Below, one piece after another: positions 8,494-19,115 of a stretch of 32,000 nt of DNA. Positions within the stretch are counted from its first letter, which is position 1; the number at the start of each line of letters is the position of its first letter. The position numbers and the translations under genes are program-made. The stretch is taken from positions 120,001-152,000 of the forward strand of contig NZ_FNLK01000008.1 of assembly GCF_900105015.1 (NCBI RefSeq), written 5' to 3'. The stretch is from Schaalia meyeri. Lineage in GTDB: Bacteria > Actinomycetota > Actinomycetes > Actinomycetales > Actinomycetaceae. Under the pieces are notes generated by a model. That model worked only from the letters and a program-made list of their open reading frames with translations. It searched no databases and was not told the DNA's origin.

Positions 8494-9225
8494 ATGAACG
8501 ATAATCTGCCGCATAATATGATCAGGCTCACTGACTGTGTCAGGCTGGTTAACGGCTGGTCAGGACCCGCTCTGACGCAGTACGGCCAGGAGCGGGTCGA
8601 ACTCGGCGGCCCCGTTGTCAGCCGGTGGCTGGCAAAGATCGCGAACTACCTGACCAACGAACTTGCGACCGATCTGTTTGACACGGGGGAAGCGGCTCCC
8701 GCTCGCCTATACACTTCCCTTCAACCGTGGCAGGACGTCCTCTGGCAGGTCGCGGCGCGCGCAATGGCGTGGGAAATCCTCGGCACCCGGCGCCCCCTGC
8801 CCGGCGACCTCTTTGTGACGAACACTATAGGCCCTGAGTCCTTTAATGCCCTATTAGCGGGCGCTCACGTCCTGGCACAACCCCCCGCCTACCTCTCCTT
8901 CGCGTGGGATGGGCCACTTGACGGCGCCTTGGATTGCCTGGCGGAGATCGCCATGCAGCCCGACGCCCTCATCGTCGGTACTCCCCCCGTGCTCGCAGCA
9001 GCGAGGGACGAGGCGCTGGCGGGCTCGCGCCCCTCGGCGCCCATCGACGGCGGTCGCGTCGCGCTCCTGTGGGACGCGCATACCGGCGCGGGGCAGGTGT
9101 TGGATCAGTGGATGGCCGGCCGCTCCGTCGTCGTCATCGACCCGCGACACACCCCTCCCGATTCGCTCCCCCAGATCCTGGCCACGGAGGACGTGGATGC
9201 GGGCCTGGTGAGGTACCGGCGCTGA
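8494..9225 (+). CDS. TIGR03089-like conserved actinobacterial protein (function unknown)
   Basis: A 243-aa ORF. The 'PALTQYGQERVELGGPVVSRWLAKIANYLTNEL' pattern and the location between whiB and rhamnose genes fit my recollection of TIGR03089 members. This was not verified by a search. Confidence 0.45.
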   Translation: MNDNLPHNMIRLTDCVRLVNGWSGPALTQYGQERVELGGPVVSRWLAKIANYLTNELATDLFDTGEAAPARLYTSLQPWQDVLWQVAARAMAWEILGTRRPLPGDLFVTNTIGPESFNALLAGAHVLAQPPAYLSFAWDGPLDGALDCLAEIAMQPDALIVGTPPVLAAARDEALAGSRPSAPIDGGRVALLWDAHTGAGQVLDQWMAGRSVVVIDPRHTPPDSLPQILATEDVDAGLVRYRR

Positions 9226-10191
9226 CTACCAGACCCCCAGGACGCGCGCGGCGGCCAGCTTTATCCCCTCGATTCGGTCGCGCCTGATCTGCGGCCAGCG
9301 CAGGAAAAAACGCAGCCGGGACCCCAGCCCGCGGTCCTGAAGTTCGCCCAGGATCGCTACAAGCTCGCGGCGACGCTCGGGCTCGAAAGAACCGACCTCC
9401 AGGGCGGCGCGGGCCGTCAGGACGAATTGATTGCAGTAGAAACCGCTGCGCAGCCTGGCCATGCGAGCGTCGCGCGCTCCCGCGCCGGAGTTCGCGCCCT
9501 GCACGTTGCCCCCGTGCTGGCGGTATTCCAGGGTAGGCGACTCTCCGATCACCCACGGCAGACCGATCGATCGAGCCAGCGCGTACACGTACCAGTCGTG
9601 TACGCCAATCTCGGCGTAGTCCAGGCGAGCCAGAGCCTCCACCAAAGTGCGGTGGGCCTCGGGAGAAAATAGGTAGGTGGACCCGGGGCCGGCGGCCTCG
9701 AAGAGAAAATCCCAGGCGCGCTGGGGCTGAGACTTGCGAATGAGGCGCCGCTCCCCCACGCCGCCCCCCGGCAGGGAACGGAACGAGGTGACGTTGGAGG
9801 ACACGACGAACGCTCCCGCATCGCGCATGAGGGCCAGCTGCCTCTCCAGCTTGTCCTCATGCCACACGTCGTCCTGGTCGGTGAAGGCAACGAAAGAACC
9901 GTCGGGAACGTGGGTCGTGAACAGGTGCAGGAAATTACCCGTCACCCCGGGCGGACCGTCGCGCTGGGGCAGGACTGTGATGCGAGGGTCGAGGGCCGAA
10001 CGCCGCTGGAGGTGGGCGCGCGTCGCATCCGTTGAAGCGTCGTCGGATACGACGAGCGACACGTCCACGCCCACCTGGGCGAGCACGGAGTCAACCTGCT
10101 CGTCGAGCCACGCCCCGCCCTCGGCCATCCCGTTGTAGGTGGCCATGAGGACGGTGACGCGGGGACGAGGCACTCCCCCATCCGGGGTCAC
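9226..10191 (-). CDS. GT2 glycosyltransferase (rhamnosyltransferase-like)
   Basis: 'VTVLMATYNG', 'VVSDDASTD' and 'FTDQDDVWHEDKL' are GT-A/GT2 motifs typical of polysaccharide rhamnosyl- or glycosyltransferases. The longest ORF (to 10383) overlaps rmlB by 179 nt, so the true start must lie after the rmlB stop. Candidates are TTG 10200, GTG 10191 and GTG 10173; the start is uncertain by about 30 nt. Confidence 0.7.
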   Translation of the reverse strand: MTPDGGVPRPRVTVLMATYNGMAEGGAWLDEQVDSVLAQVGVDVSLVVSDDASTDATRAHLQRRSALDPRITVLPQRDGPPGVTGNFLHLFTTHVPDGSFVAFTDQDDVWHEDKLERQLALMRDAGAFVVSSNVTSFRSLPGGGVGERRLIRKSQPQRAWDFLFEAAGPGSTYLFSPEAHRTLVEALARLDYAEIGVHDWYVYALARSIGLPWVIGESPTLEYRQHGGNVQGANSGAGARDARMARLRSGFYCNQFVLTARAALEVGSFEPERRRELVAILGELQDRGLGSRLRFFLRWPQIRRDRIEGIKLAAARVLGVW

Positions 10192-10204
10192 GCCGACCAA
10201 GGAC

Positions 10205-11290
<1,086 letters not shown>

Positions 11291-11371
11291 TTATGCCGCA
11301 GATGCGAACGGAGTATTCACGCACGCGCTAGTTGGGGGAGGAAATGCCGCACGAACGGGAAAACCCGCGTG

Positions 11372-12547
11372 TCAGGCGTCCACCTCGATCGAGGAGTTCA
11401 GCGCCACGGGTCCCGACCCGATGCCGTTGCCCTGCACCACCAGATCCCACGCGCCGTCCCGTTGCGCGTAGGGTTGCCCGCCCGCGTCGTCGATCGACAC
11501 GTTCATCCGGTACATCCCCTCGCCCAGGGTCAGGGTCGGAACGGTGATCATCACCGTTGCGTCTCCTTCGATAGCGGGCAGGCTCGCACCGGAATTACGC
11601 GAGTTGTAGTAGTGCAGCTTCTGCCCGAGATTCGTATCCAGAGAAAAAGCCGTCACCCAGCCCTCAATGCGCTTGGTGGCGCTGAGATCCATGCGAATAC
11701 GGATGGTGTCGCCCGTCCGGGCGACGCGGATGGGTTCCCCGGCCTCGTCCACCATCGCGATGTCGCGGATGGATATCATGCCCGTTTCCTCCGTATGCAC
11801 GGGAGCGGCCAGCGCATCGCGTTGGAATCCCTCGCGCAAAATGCGCACGGCATCGGACGTCGATCCGTCAAAGACAAGCTTGCCGTGATCGAGGACGACT
11901 CCTCGCGTGCACACGGACTCCACCTGCTCGGCCGAGTGGGACACCAAGACGATTGCCCGCCCCTCGGTCTGGAACTCGTGGATCTTATCCATGCACTTGC
12001 GCTGGAAGGGCTCGTCGCCGACCGCCAGCACCTCGTCCACGAGAAGAACATCCGGGTCCGAGTGGACGGCGACCGCGAACGCGAGCCGCACATACATGCC
12101 CGACGAATAGAACTTCACCTGGGTATCGATGAACTGTTCGATGCCGGAAAAGTCCACGATTTCATCGAAGCACGCTTCCGTTTCTGCGCGCGTCATCCCC
12201 AGGATCGAGGCGTTCAAAAAGACGTTCTCGCGCCCCGTGAGATCCTGGTGGAATCCGGCGCCAAGCTCCAGCAAAGCGGCCATGCGCCCGCGCGTGGTCA
12301 CGCGCCCGGTCGTCGGGCGAATGATGGAACCCATAATCTTGAGCAGCGTGGACTTACCCGATCCGTTATGCCCCATCAGGCCGACGGATTCGTTGAGACG
12401 AACGTCCACGCTCACGGAGTCGAGCGCGCGAAACTTTTGGACGCGGGACCGCGAGGAACGCAGCACGCGGTCCTTCACGGAGGTGTCCCTGTGCAGCTGA
12501 AAGACCTTGGAAACGTTGTCCACTCGGACAACCTCGGGCATTGACAT
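11372..12547 (-). CDS. Polysaccharide ABC exporter ATP-binding protein (Wzt/TagH type) with a C-terminal extra domain of about 145 aa
   Basis: It has Walker A 'GHNGSGKST', signature 'YSSGM' and Walker B 'LLVDE'. The C-terminal roughly 145 aa are beta-rich, like Wzt carbohydrate-binding domains. ATG 12547 overlaps the permease stop (TAATG). Confidence 0.85.
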   Translation of the reverse strand: MSMPEVVRVDNVSKVFQLHRDTSVKDRVLRSSRSRVQKFRALDSVSVDVRLNESVGLMGHNGSGKSTLLKIMGSIIRPTTGRVTTRGRMAALLELGAGFHQDLTGRENVFLNASILGMTRAETEACFDEIVDFSGIEQFIDTQVKFYSSGMYVRLAFAVAVHSDPDVLLVDEVLAVGDEPFQRKCMDKIHEFQTEGRAIVLVSHSAEQVESVCTRGVVLDHGKLVFDGSTSDAVRILREGFQRDALAAPVHTEETGMISIRDIAMVDEAGEPIRVARTGDTIRIRMDLSATKRIEGWVTAFSLDTNLGQKLHYYNSRNSGASLPAIEGDATVMITVPTLTLGEGMYRMNVSIDDAGGQPYAQRDGAWDLVVQGNGIGSGPVALNSSIEVDA

Positions 12548-13485
12548 TACAGCTCCTGAGCGAAATTTCCCTCGAGGCGCGCGAAAACGCGGTGCGCCCC
12601 AAAGATGAGGACGAGACCGATCACGGCCGCGAGGGCCAAGCGGGTCATGAGGTGCGTGGGGCAGGGCTGATCCGCCCCCGCAGCCCACAGCGACCGCTGG
12701 AAGCCGAGAATAGCCAGCGTGATGGGGTTAGCGAGGTAGGCCTCGTGCACGATCGGATAGCTCGTGGCCAGCGCCCGCTGCACGTAGCTGTAGGAGTACA
12801 CGATCGGGGAGGCCCAGAACGCCAGGAAGGTAATGACCTCGATGAGGTGCTGAATGTCGCGCATATAAACGTTGAGCGCCGACAGCGCCAGCGCGCACAG
12901 CGTCGCGTACAGGACCAGCACAATCAGGCTAAGCGGCAGGTAGGCCAGCTGGGAAACAGAGGGGACCGCCCCCGTGACACCGATCGCCACCAGCAGGACC
13001 ACCAGTTGAATCGCAGAGTTGACCGCTGCGGTACCCAGGGTCGAGAGGGGAAAGATCTCGCGAGGCAGATAGACTTTCTTGATCAGCCCGGAATTGGCCA
13101 CGATCGACCCGGTTCCCCCGGTCACCGCTTCGAGAAAGAAACCCCAGGCCGTCAGGCCCGTGAACACGAAAATCGCGAAGGAGGGGATGCCCCGGGAGGC
13201 CCCCAGGAACTGACCGATCACGATGAAGTAGATGAGCAGCTGGGAGAGCGGCTTGAACATCGACCACACGAACCCCAGGTTCGAGTCCTTATAGCGCGCC
13301 TTGAGCTCACGGTTGATGAGCAGACGCAAAAGCTCACGACGGTGCCAGATGTCGACAAAAGCACGCTTCGTTCCGGCCCACAGACCTCTCTTGTCCCCCA
13401 GCTCGCGCAGGGGCTCTCCCTCGATGCGCGCCACTCGCACCTCAAGGGGTGACGAAGGGGATTGTGGCGTGGTTTCAGTCATCAT
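12547..13485 (-). CDS. ABC-2 type polysaccharide exporter permease (Wzm/TagG type)
   Basis: A 312-aa ORF with a soluble N-terminus, then 'ELKARYKDSNLGFVWSMFKPL' (the ABC-2 permease hallmark) and 6 hydrophobic segments. It is translationally coupled to the ATPase gene. Confidence 0.85.
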   Translation of the reverse strand: MMTETTPQSPSSPLEVRVARIEGEPLRELGDKRGLWAGTKRAFVDIWHRRELLRLLINRELKARYKDSNLGFVWSMFKPLSQLLIYFIVIGQFLGASRGIPSFAIFVFTGLTAWGFFLEAVTGGTGSIVANSGLIKKVYLPREIFPLSTLGTAAVNSAIQLVVLLVAIGVTGAVPSVSQLAYLPLSLIVLVLYATLCALALSALNVYMRDIQHLIEVITFLAFWASPIVYSYSYVQRALATSYPIVHEAYLANPITLAILGFQRSLWAAGADQPCPTHLMTRLALAAVIGLVLIFGAHRVFARLEGNFAQEL

Positions 13486-13517
13486 AACTCACTATCTCCG
13501 ACCACATCGTCAGTCAT

Positions 13518-14486
13518 TCACTGACCGTATCGCTTCAGCGGGGAACGAACGCCCCTGCGCACGCCCCTCCACTTTTGAACGTGGTAGGCGGGGTTTAAGA
13601 AGAAGCCGCTGATCTTGCGGCGCCTGCCGACCCCGCGGTCGCGGGCAAGACGCAGCGCGTCCTTCAGGATTCCCGTCGTCACCATGCGGATCACCGTGGG
13701 GATCGAGGGCATCGCGACGTCGATCCCCACCTCGCGCAGTCCCTGGGTCTCCTCGAACATGCGATCGTCATATTCGGCCACCGTCATCTCATTGGAGTGC
13801 ATGACTGCGGCGCGAGGGGCGTAGGCCTTGATGTATCCGGCCGCGATGACGTCCCGCCCCAGCAGCTGGTCCTCCGCGTAGGAGACGTCGCGGTATGGGA
13901 CCTCGCCGGTCAGCAAGTCCTTGCGGGCCGCGGAGTTCACGTCGGAATAGAAGGTAACGGCGTTTCTTACGCCCTCGTCCTGGATGAAGTCGTCGTCGTA
14001 GAACAGCGTGGTCCCAAAGCCCGGTCCGAACCCATTGAACACGCCCTTGATCTCGTATCGCAGCAGAGGAAAGGCATCGGGCCGGGGAATCTGCGATCCC
14101 ATGACGGCGACGATTCGATCGGAAATCGCGAACGGCGCGGTGATCTCGTGCAGCCACCTGTCCGAGGCCGGGGTGGCGTCGTGCGTCAGGTAGGCAACGA
14201 TGCGTCCCTTCGCCAGGTGCGCCCCGAGATTGCGGGTCTTGCCGTGCCCGAACTCGCTGTTTGGGATCTGGTGGAGGCGCACACCCGGATACTTCGCGAC
14301 AATGTCCAAAGTGGAGTCGGTGGAACCTGAGTCGATGACGACGATCTCGTAGGTACCGTCGAAGCGCTGGCTGGTCAAAGAGGCGAGGATCTCGTCAATA
14401 TGCCGCTCACCGTTGTACGTCAGGATGACCACGCTCGCGTCCAGGGTGGCGTCTTGTCCGTCAACGAAGTGGGTCTCAGTGGCCAT
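13518..14486 (-). CDS. GT2 glycosyltransferase
   Basis: 'VVILTYNGERHIDEIL...EIVVIDSGSTDSTL' and 'YLTHDATP' give the GT-A fold pattern. The start overlaps the upstream SDR gene by 11 nt. Confidence 0.8.
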   Translation of the reverse strand: MATETHFVDGQDATLDASVVILTYNGERHIDEILASLTSQRFDGTYEIVVIDSGSTDSTLDIVAKYPGVRLHQIPNSEFGHGKTRNLGAHLAKGRIVAYLTHDATPASDRWLHEITAPFAISDRIVAVMGSQIPRPDAFPLLRYEIKGVFNGFGPGFGTTLFYDDDFIQDEGVRNAVTFYSDVNSAARKDLLTGEVPYRDVSYAEDQLLGRDVIAAGYIKAYAPRAAVMHSNEMTVAEYDDRMFEETQGLREVGIDVAMPSIPTVIRMVTTGILKDALRLARDRGVGRRRKISGFFLNPAYHVQKWRGVRRGVRSPLKRYGQ

Positions 14487-15402
14487 GTGCTTGGATCTCC
14501 TGCCATGTTTTCGTGATCCCTTCGTCGAGCGGCGTCATCTCGAAAGGACCGAACTCTGCGTTCACGCGTTCCGTATTGAGGACGGATCCGTGCACGTAGG
14601 TTGAGGGGGTGGGAACGTGTTGAATCTCCGGGTTCGTCCCGGTAACTCGCCCGATGGAAGCGACAATCTGAGCGACGCTGGTGCCGTGTCCCGAGCCGAT
14701 GTTGTAGATCGACCGGGTCGCACCCCGCTGGATCATGGTCGACACGATGGAGGCGAAGTCGCCCACGTAGATATAGTCGCGGAACATGCTCCCATCGCCC
14801 ATGACGGTCAGCGGCTCGCCGCCCAGGACATGCCGCAGGAAAATGGGGATGATGCCCTGTCGCTTGTGCGGATTTTGCCTGGTTCCATACGGATTGGAGA
14901 TGCGCAGGGAGGTCGAGTTCAGCCCGAACTTACGCGCAAAGAAACGCATGTAGTTTTCGATGGTGAGTTTGCCGATCCCATAGGGGGAAACCGGAAGCGT
15001 GGGGTCGTCCTCGTGGTAGCTGACCTTGTCCTGGTCGCCGTAGATCGTGCCGCCGCTGGAGGCGAAGTACACGTGCTGCACCCCAGCGTCCACGCACGCG
15101 CGGAAGAGGTCAATGCTGCCCTGGATATTCGTGCGCACGTCCAGCGTGGGGTCGTTCTCCGCCGTCGCAGGGTCCGTCGTCGAGAGCATGTGCACGACGA
15201 TGTCCATCCCGCAAACGGCGCGCGATACGTCGTCGCGGTTGAGGAAGTTACCGTCGAAGGCCTCGACGCCGCGAGCGCTCCAGTGGGTTCCGTTGCCGAA
15301 CATATCGAAGGCGCGGATCGTCGTCGCGTCGCCCTGCGCGAGCGCGTCGACCAGGTGAGAGCCGAGGAACCCGTTTCCTCCAACCACCAAAATCTTAGAC
15401 AT
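14476..15402 (-). CDS. NAD-dependent sugar-nucleotide epimerase/reductase (extended SDR)
   Basis: It has the Rossmann motif 'ILVVGGNGFLGSHL' and the catalytic 'SPYGIGK' (YxxxK). ATG 15402 is preceded by GGAGG and overlaps the upstream gene by 8 nt. Substrate specificity cannot be read from the sequence. Confidence 0.8.
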   Translation of the reverse strand: MSKILVVGGNGFLGSHLVDALAQGDATTIRAFDMFGNGTHWSARGVEAFDGNFLNRDDVSRAVCGMDIVVHMLSTTDPATAENDPTLDVRTNIQGSIDLFRACVDAGVQHVYFASSGGTIYGDQDKVSYHEDDPTLPVSPYGIGKLTIENYMRFFARKFGLNSTSLRISNPYGTRQNPHKRQGIIPIFLRHVLGGEPLTVMGDGSMFRDYIYVGDFASIVSTMIQRGATRSIYNIGSGHGTSVAQIVASIGRVTGTNPEIQHVPTPSTYVHGSVLNTERVNAEFGPFEMTPLDEGITKTWQEIQAHGH

Positions 15403-16699
15403 GCATGGCCTCCGCAAAGTCTGAGACGAACCGCCTGCCCGAGTCCTCCCAGCTGAGGGACTTCACCGAGGCCGCGGCGCGACGCGAGAGCTCCACCTGG
15501 TCGGACGCGTCAACGATGCGGATCAGCTCTGTTGCCAGGGCGCCGGGCGACAGGGGCACGTAATCGATATTGGGGTTGTCTGCGACCAGCCTGTTGTTGG
15601 GGCCATCGTTGACGACCGGGATCGTCCCGCAGGACAGCAACTCGAGGGGCAGCAGCGACAGATTCGTCAGCGACATGACGAGGGCGGCGGCGCACTGGTT
15701 GTACAGCGGGGAAAGTTCCTCGAGTTTCATGGCCCCGTGATTCACATAGTCGAAGGGGACCTTCCAGTCCGAGACATCCCATCCCGCCATGTGGATGCGG
15801 ATGTCGGGGCGGCGCTTCTTGACGTCGGCCAGCACAATGCACCCCAGTTCGAAGCCGCGGCGCATGGTGACCGGACGAGAGTAGAAGAAGAGGTCTTTGC
15901 GCCGCGCATCGTTCGTGCGCTGATAGAGCGACAGGTCCGTTGCGAAGTCAAAGGGGTGGGTCGTCATCCCGTAGTCATCGTGCAGCCTCTTAGCCAGCCA
16001 CTTGCCCGCCGTGAACGCCTCGAAACCGAAGCGGTAGGTGTTTTCGGCGAGCTGATTCTCCGATCCGACGGGGTAGAAGGACGGTTCGAAGTCCTGCACG
16101 AAGTAGAAGCGCCGAGCGTTGGAGGGGTCGAGGTAGGCGGGGTAGGCGGTCTCCCACCCCGTCGCAAAGATGGCGTCGACGTCCGATCCCACCCCGACCG
16201 GCGGGTCGTAGAGGGCGTAGCTGGCTTTCAGGGACGGATAGGCGCTGGAACGCTCCACCATGTCGCGCACGCGCTGGGCATCGACGGGAATCTTTTGCGC
16301 CCAATACAGGAATATCTTCACGCGGTGCCCAGCGGCCTCCAGATAGGACAGGAAGCGGAAGATGTTCTGGTGTCCTCCCGAGGACTCTCCGGGAGGTGAC
16401 ATGATCCACGCTGTCGTGTAGGGTCCCTCGCCGACGGCGCGCGGCTCGGTCTTCCAATGAGGTTCGCTCGCCCAGTCCAGCGCGGCCGCGTCAGAGAATT
16501 TAACGAGCATCTCCAGGGGGATGCTGCCCTTGCCTTTTCCCTTGCCGGAGTTCGCGATCTGGTTGCCCATGCCCTGCAGGAGCCGGGCGGTGGTCATGCG
16601 CACCCCGTGACGTCTGAGGTAGGAGGTGCCCTTCACGACCTTACGCACCAGAGGATTCGTCTGTGTCATGCTCGCCAGTTTAGCGGCTAACGGAACCAT
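15395..16699 (-). CDS. GT-B glycosyltransferase, WsaF-like (putative rhamnosyltransferase family)
   Basis: 'SGGHQNIFRFLSYLEAAGHRV' and 'FYFVQDFEPSFYP' resemble the WsaF rhamnosyltransferase family as I recall it. There is an N-terminal extension of about 90 aa. The start is ambiguous (16699 or ATG 16669). Confidence 0.55.
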   Translation of the reverse strand: MVPLAAKLASMTQTNPLVRKVVKGTSYLRRHGVRMTTARLLQGMGNQIANSGKGKGKGSIPLEMLVKFSDAAALDWASEPHWKTEPRAVGEGPYTTAWIMSPPGESSGGHQNIFRFLSYLEAAGHRVKIFLYWAQKIPVDAQRVRDMVERSSAYPSLKASYALYDPPVGVGSDVDAIFATGWETAYPAYLDPSNARRFYFVQDFEPSFYPVGSENQLAENTYRFGFEAFTAGKWLAKRLHDDYGMTTHPFDFATDLSLYQRTNDARRKDLFFYSRPVTMRRGFELGCIVLADVKKRRPDIRIHMAGWDVSDWKVPFDYVNHGAMKLEELSPLYNQCAAALVMSLTNLSLLPLELLSCGTIPVVNDGPNNRLVADNPNIDYVPLSPGALATELIRIVDASDQVELSRRAAASVKSLSWEDSGRRFVSDFAEAMHV

Positions 16700-16747
16700 A
16701 CTCGGATGAGGGAGGCCCCAAGGTGCTGGGCGACGCTGTATCTTTAC

Positions 16748-17905
16748 TCACTTTCCCCCGCCGCGCGCTTGCGGACCGCATTTCCTGACGCGCCGCAGGG
16801 CTCGCCTGCGCAGCGCGGCGGGGAGGGCCGCGATCCCCTGGGCGACGCCGCGGGAAGCCGGGCCACTAAAACCTGCGCGCGCGGCTCGGCCCAGGGAACG
16901 GGCCAGCGCCCTGGCGAACACGCGCCAGGGGGCGTGCTCGGCTGCCACGATCAGGCGGTTGCGCGCGTTGACGCGCGCAAACATGGGCGAGGCGGCATCC
17001 GAGGAGGCGGCGTGCTCGTGATCGGCGATGGCGTCGCGCACAAAGCGCACGCCGTATCCGGCTTCGCGCAGCTTGTAGGACAGGTCCGTGTCTTCGTAGT
17101 ACATGAACAGGTCGGCGCGCATCCCGCCGACCCTATCCCAGGCGTCGCGCCGGATCGCGCACGCTCCCCCGCATACGCCGAACACGTCGGCGGGTGCGCT
17201 GAGCAGCGACGCCTCCTTCAGCCAGTCTCTGTCCTGCCCATTTCCGGACGCGTCCACCACGTTGCCGGTCGAGTTAACGAGGACCACCCCCTCCCCCGCC
17301 TCGGCCTCGGCCTCGCTGACCCGCACCCAGCGTTGACGCCCCTTCCCGCTCAACGCGTTAGCCTCGTCTTCGCGCGCGGGTCGGTACCTCCCGGCCAGGA
17401 GGAGTAGCGCGGTGGTGGCTCCCACCGCGGGGTCGCGCAGCGGCGTGAGGAGCGCGTCCAAAAATCCGTCGCGAGCCGTGGCGTCGTTATTGAGCAGGAC
17501 CAGGGCGTCCTCGCCCATCCCGCGCGCGCCCGCCATGACGCCGGCTCCGAATCCGCCATTCTCTCCCGCGTCGAGAACCTCAACCTGCCCGCATTCGGCG
17601 ATTGCCGCACCCTCCAGCTGCCCGTCTTTTTCCGTGTCTCCCCATTCGCCGCACCCTCCCGCGAGCGCGCGCAGCCCGGGCGCCTCGGCGCGCATGGCAC
17701 TCAGTGAGCCGTCACCCGAACCGTTGTCGACCAGGACGAGGCGGTCGCCGGGGGCCAGCTGGGGAGCGATGGAATGTGCTGCCCGCAGGGTCAGGGCCGC
17801 GTTCTTCCAATTGACCAGGACGATGCGCGCGCTGGGGCGCGCGGCTCCCGGGGACGGGCAGGACGCCGTCACTCGCGGAGCGTTCGCTCCGGGCGGGGGG
17901 GTCAT
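16748..17905 (-). CDS. GT2 glycosyltransferase, WbbL-like (rhamnosyltransferase-like)
   Basis: 'VLVDNGSGDGS', 'ENGGFGAGV' and 'LFMYYEDTDLSYKLREAGY' match the WbbL-type GT2 pattern. ATG 17905 overlaps the stop of the upstream GT4 gene (ATGA). The 169-codon upstream extension of the listed ORF is Arg/Pro/Gly junk. Confidence 0.75.
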   Translation of the reverse strand: MTPPPGANAPRVTASCPSPGAARPSARIVLVNWKNAALTLRAAHSIAPQLAPGDRLVLVDNGSGDGSLSAMRAEAPGLRALAGGCGEWGDTEKDGQLEGAAIAECGQVEVLDAGENGGFGAGVMAGARGMGEDALVLLNNDATARDGFLDALLTPLRDPAVGATTALLLLAGRYRPAREDEANALSGKGRQRWVRVSEAEAEAGEGVVLVNSTGNVVDASGNGQDRDWLKEASLLSAPADVFGVCGGACAIRRDAWDRVGGMRADLFMYYEDTDLSYKLREAGYGVRFVRDAIADHEHAASSDAASPMFARVNARNRLIVAAEHAPWRVFARALARSLGRAARAGFSGPASRGVAQGIAALPAALRRRALRRVRKCGPQARGGGK

Positions 17906-19020
17906 CGCGCGCCTGCCAGGGATTCGTACAGGCGGGCGTGGGAGGCGGCCGAGGACTCCCACGTGAAGTCGCGGGCGTGCTCGCGTCCAGCCGCGCTCAG
18001 GCGATCGTGATCGGGGCCTGCGGCGGCTTGAAGCGCCTCGGCCAGGGCGTGGGGGTCGGTGGCAGGTGCCAGCAGTCCCGCGTCGGCCCCGGTAATCTCC
18101 GCCATGCAGGTGCCTTCGCTGGTGACGACGGGGGTCCCGTGTGCCATGGCTTCGAGGACGGGCAGGCCAAAACCCTCCCAGATGGAGGGGAAGGTAAAGA
18201 CGCGCGCTCCGGCGTAGGCGCACGCCAGGTCTTCGTCGTCCAAGCGTCCCAGGACGTGGACGCGGGAGGCGGGCAGGTCCGCCTCGGTGGGATCCTCCCC
18301 CCACCCCGCGGGTCCCACGAGGACCAGGTCCAGCTCCGTGGTGGGGGCCAGTGCGCGGTATGCCTGAATCAGGGTGGGCAGGTTCTTGCGGGGTTCGCGG
18401 GTCCCGACCCACAGGATGTACGGGCGGTTCAGGGTGTGGCGGGCGCGAAATGCCTCGACCTGCTGGTGGGTGACGGGCGTGTGCGTCAGGCCGTGAGGGA
18501 TGACGCTGATGAGGTCCTCATCGATTCCGGCTTCCACGCAGTCTGCGGCCGTCGCCTGGGAGGGGACGATGACGGCGTCGGCGTGCTTCTTCGTCGCCGC
18601 CAAGGCGCGACGAAAGTAGGCGGCCCCGTGGGCGGTGAAATGGCTCGCCTCGCGCAGGAAAGCGACATCGTGGACGGTGACAATCAGGGGTCGAGACGTT
18701 GGGGGAATCGCCCAGGTCGTCGCGTGAACCACGTCGGCTCCCCGGCCCGATCCCGCTCCCAGCACTCGATCCACGCCGGGGATCCCCAGCCGATCCCACG
18801 CGGCGTACAGCGCGCGGCGCGGCAGGGCGCAGCTGCGCACGGGGATGGACAGGCCAACCTGCTCCGGCCGCTCTGCTCCCCTCCCGTGGCGCGCAGCGAT
18901 ACCGATGGCGTTTACTCCCTGGGCGGCCAGGCGCGAGGCGACCTCCACGATGTAGCGCCCCGACCCGCCGGGCACGCTCTGCCACATCTGCTCCACAACC
19001 ATTCCGACGCGCACGCTCAT
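17902..19020 (-). CDS. GT4 (GT-B, Glycos_transf_1) glycosyltransferase
   Basis: 'VPGGSGRYIVEVASRL' is at the N-terminus and 'FPSIWEGFGLPVLEAMAHGTPVV' gives the E-x7-E motif. This is the first gene of the minus-strand operon. Confidence 0.8.
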   Translation of the reverse strand: MSVRVGMVVEQMWQSVPGGSGRYIVEVASRLAAQGVNAIGIAARHGRGAERPEQVGLSIPVRSCALPRRALYAAWDRLGIPGVDRVLGAGSGRGADVVHATTWAIPPTSRPLIVTVHDVAFLREASHFTAHGAAYFRRALAATKKHADAVIVPSQATAADCVEAGIDEDLISVIPHGLTHTPVTHQQVEAFRARHTLNRPYILWVGTREPRKNLPTLIQAYRALAPTTELDLVLVGPAGWGEDPTEADLPASRVHVLGRLDDEDLACAYAGARVFTFPSIWEGFGLPVLEAMAHGTPVVTSEGTCMAEITGADAGLLAPATDPHALAEALQAAAGPDHDRLSAAGREHARDFTWESSAASHARLYESLAGAR

Positions 19021-19115
19021 GCCCTCACAATAGTGGACGCGACGGTCTCGTCGGAGGTCGCGCGCGCATCATGCCCTACAATGAGGGAAATCCATCGCCA
19101 CGACCGGGGACCGTC
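19021..19115. promoter_or_regulatory. Divergent promoter region between the two GT4 genes
   Basis: On the minus strand, TATTGT (19032-19027) ends 6 nt before ATG 19020, which is consistent with a leaderless mRNA. On the plus strand, TACAAT (19075-19080) lies about 36 nt upstream of ATG 19116. This is motif inspection only. Confidence 0.3.

Noticed and set aside
16526-16546. A GKGKGKG repeat in the N-terminal extension of the WsaF-like GT
   Set aside because: It is a very short low-complexity linker with no nucleotide-level repeat expansion, so it is not informative.
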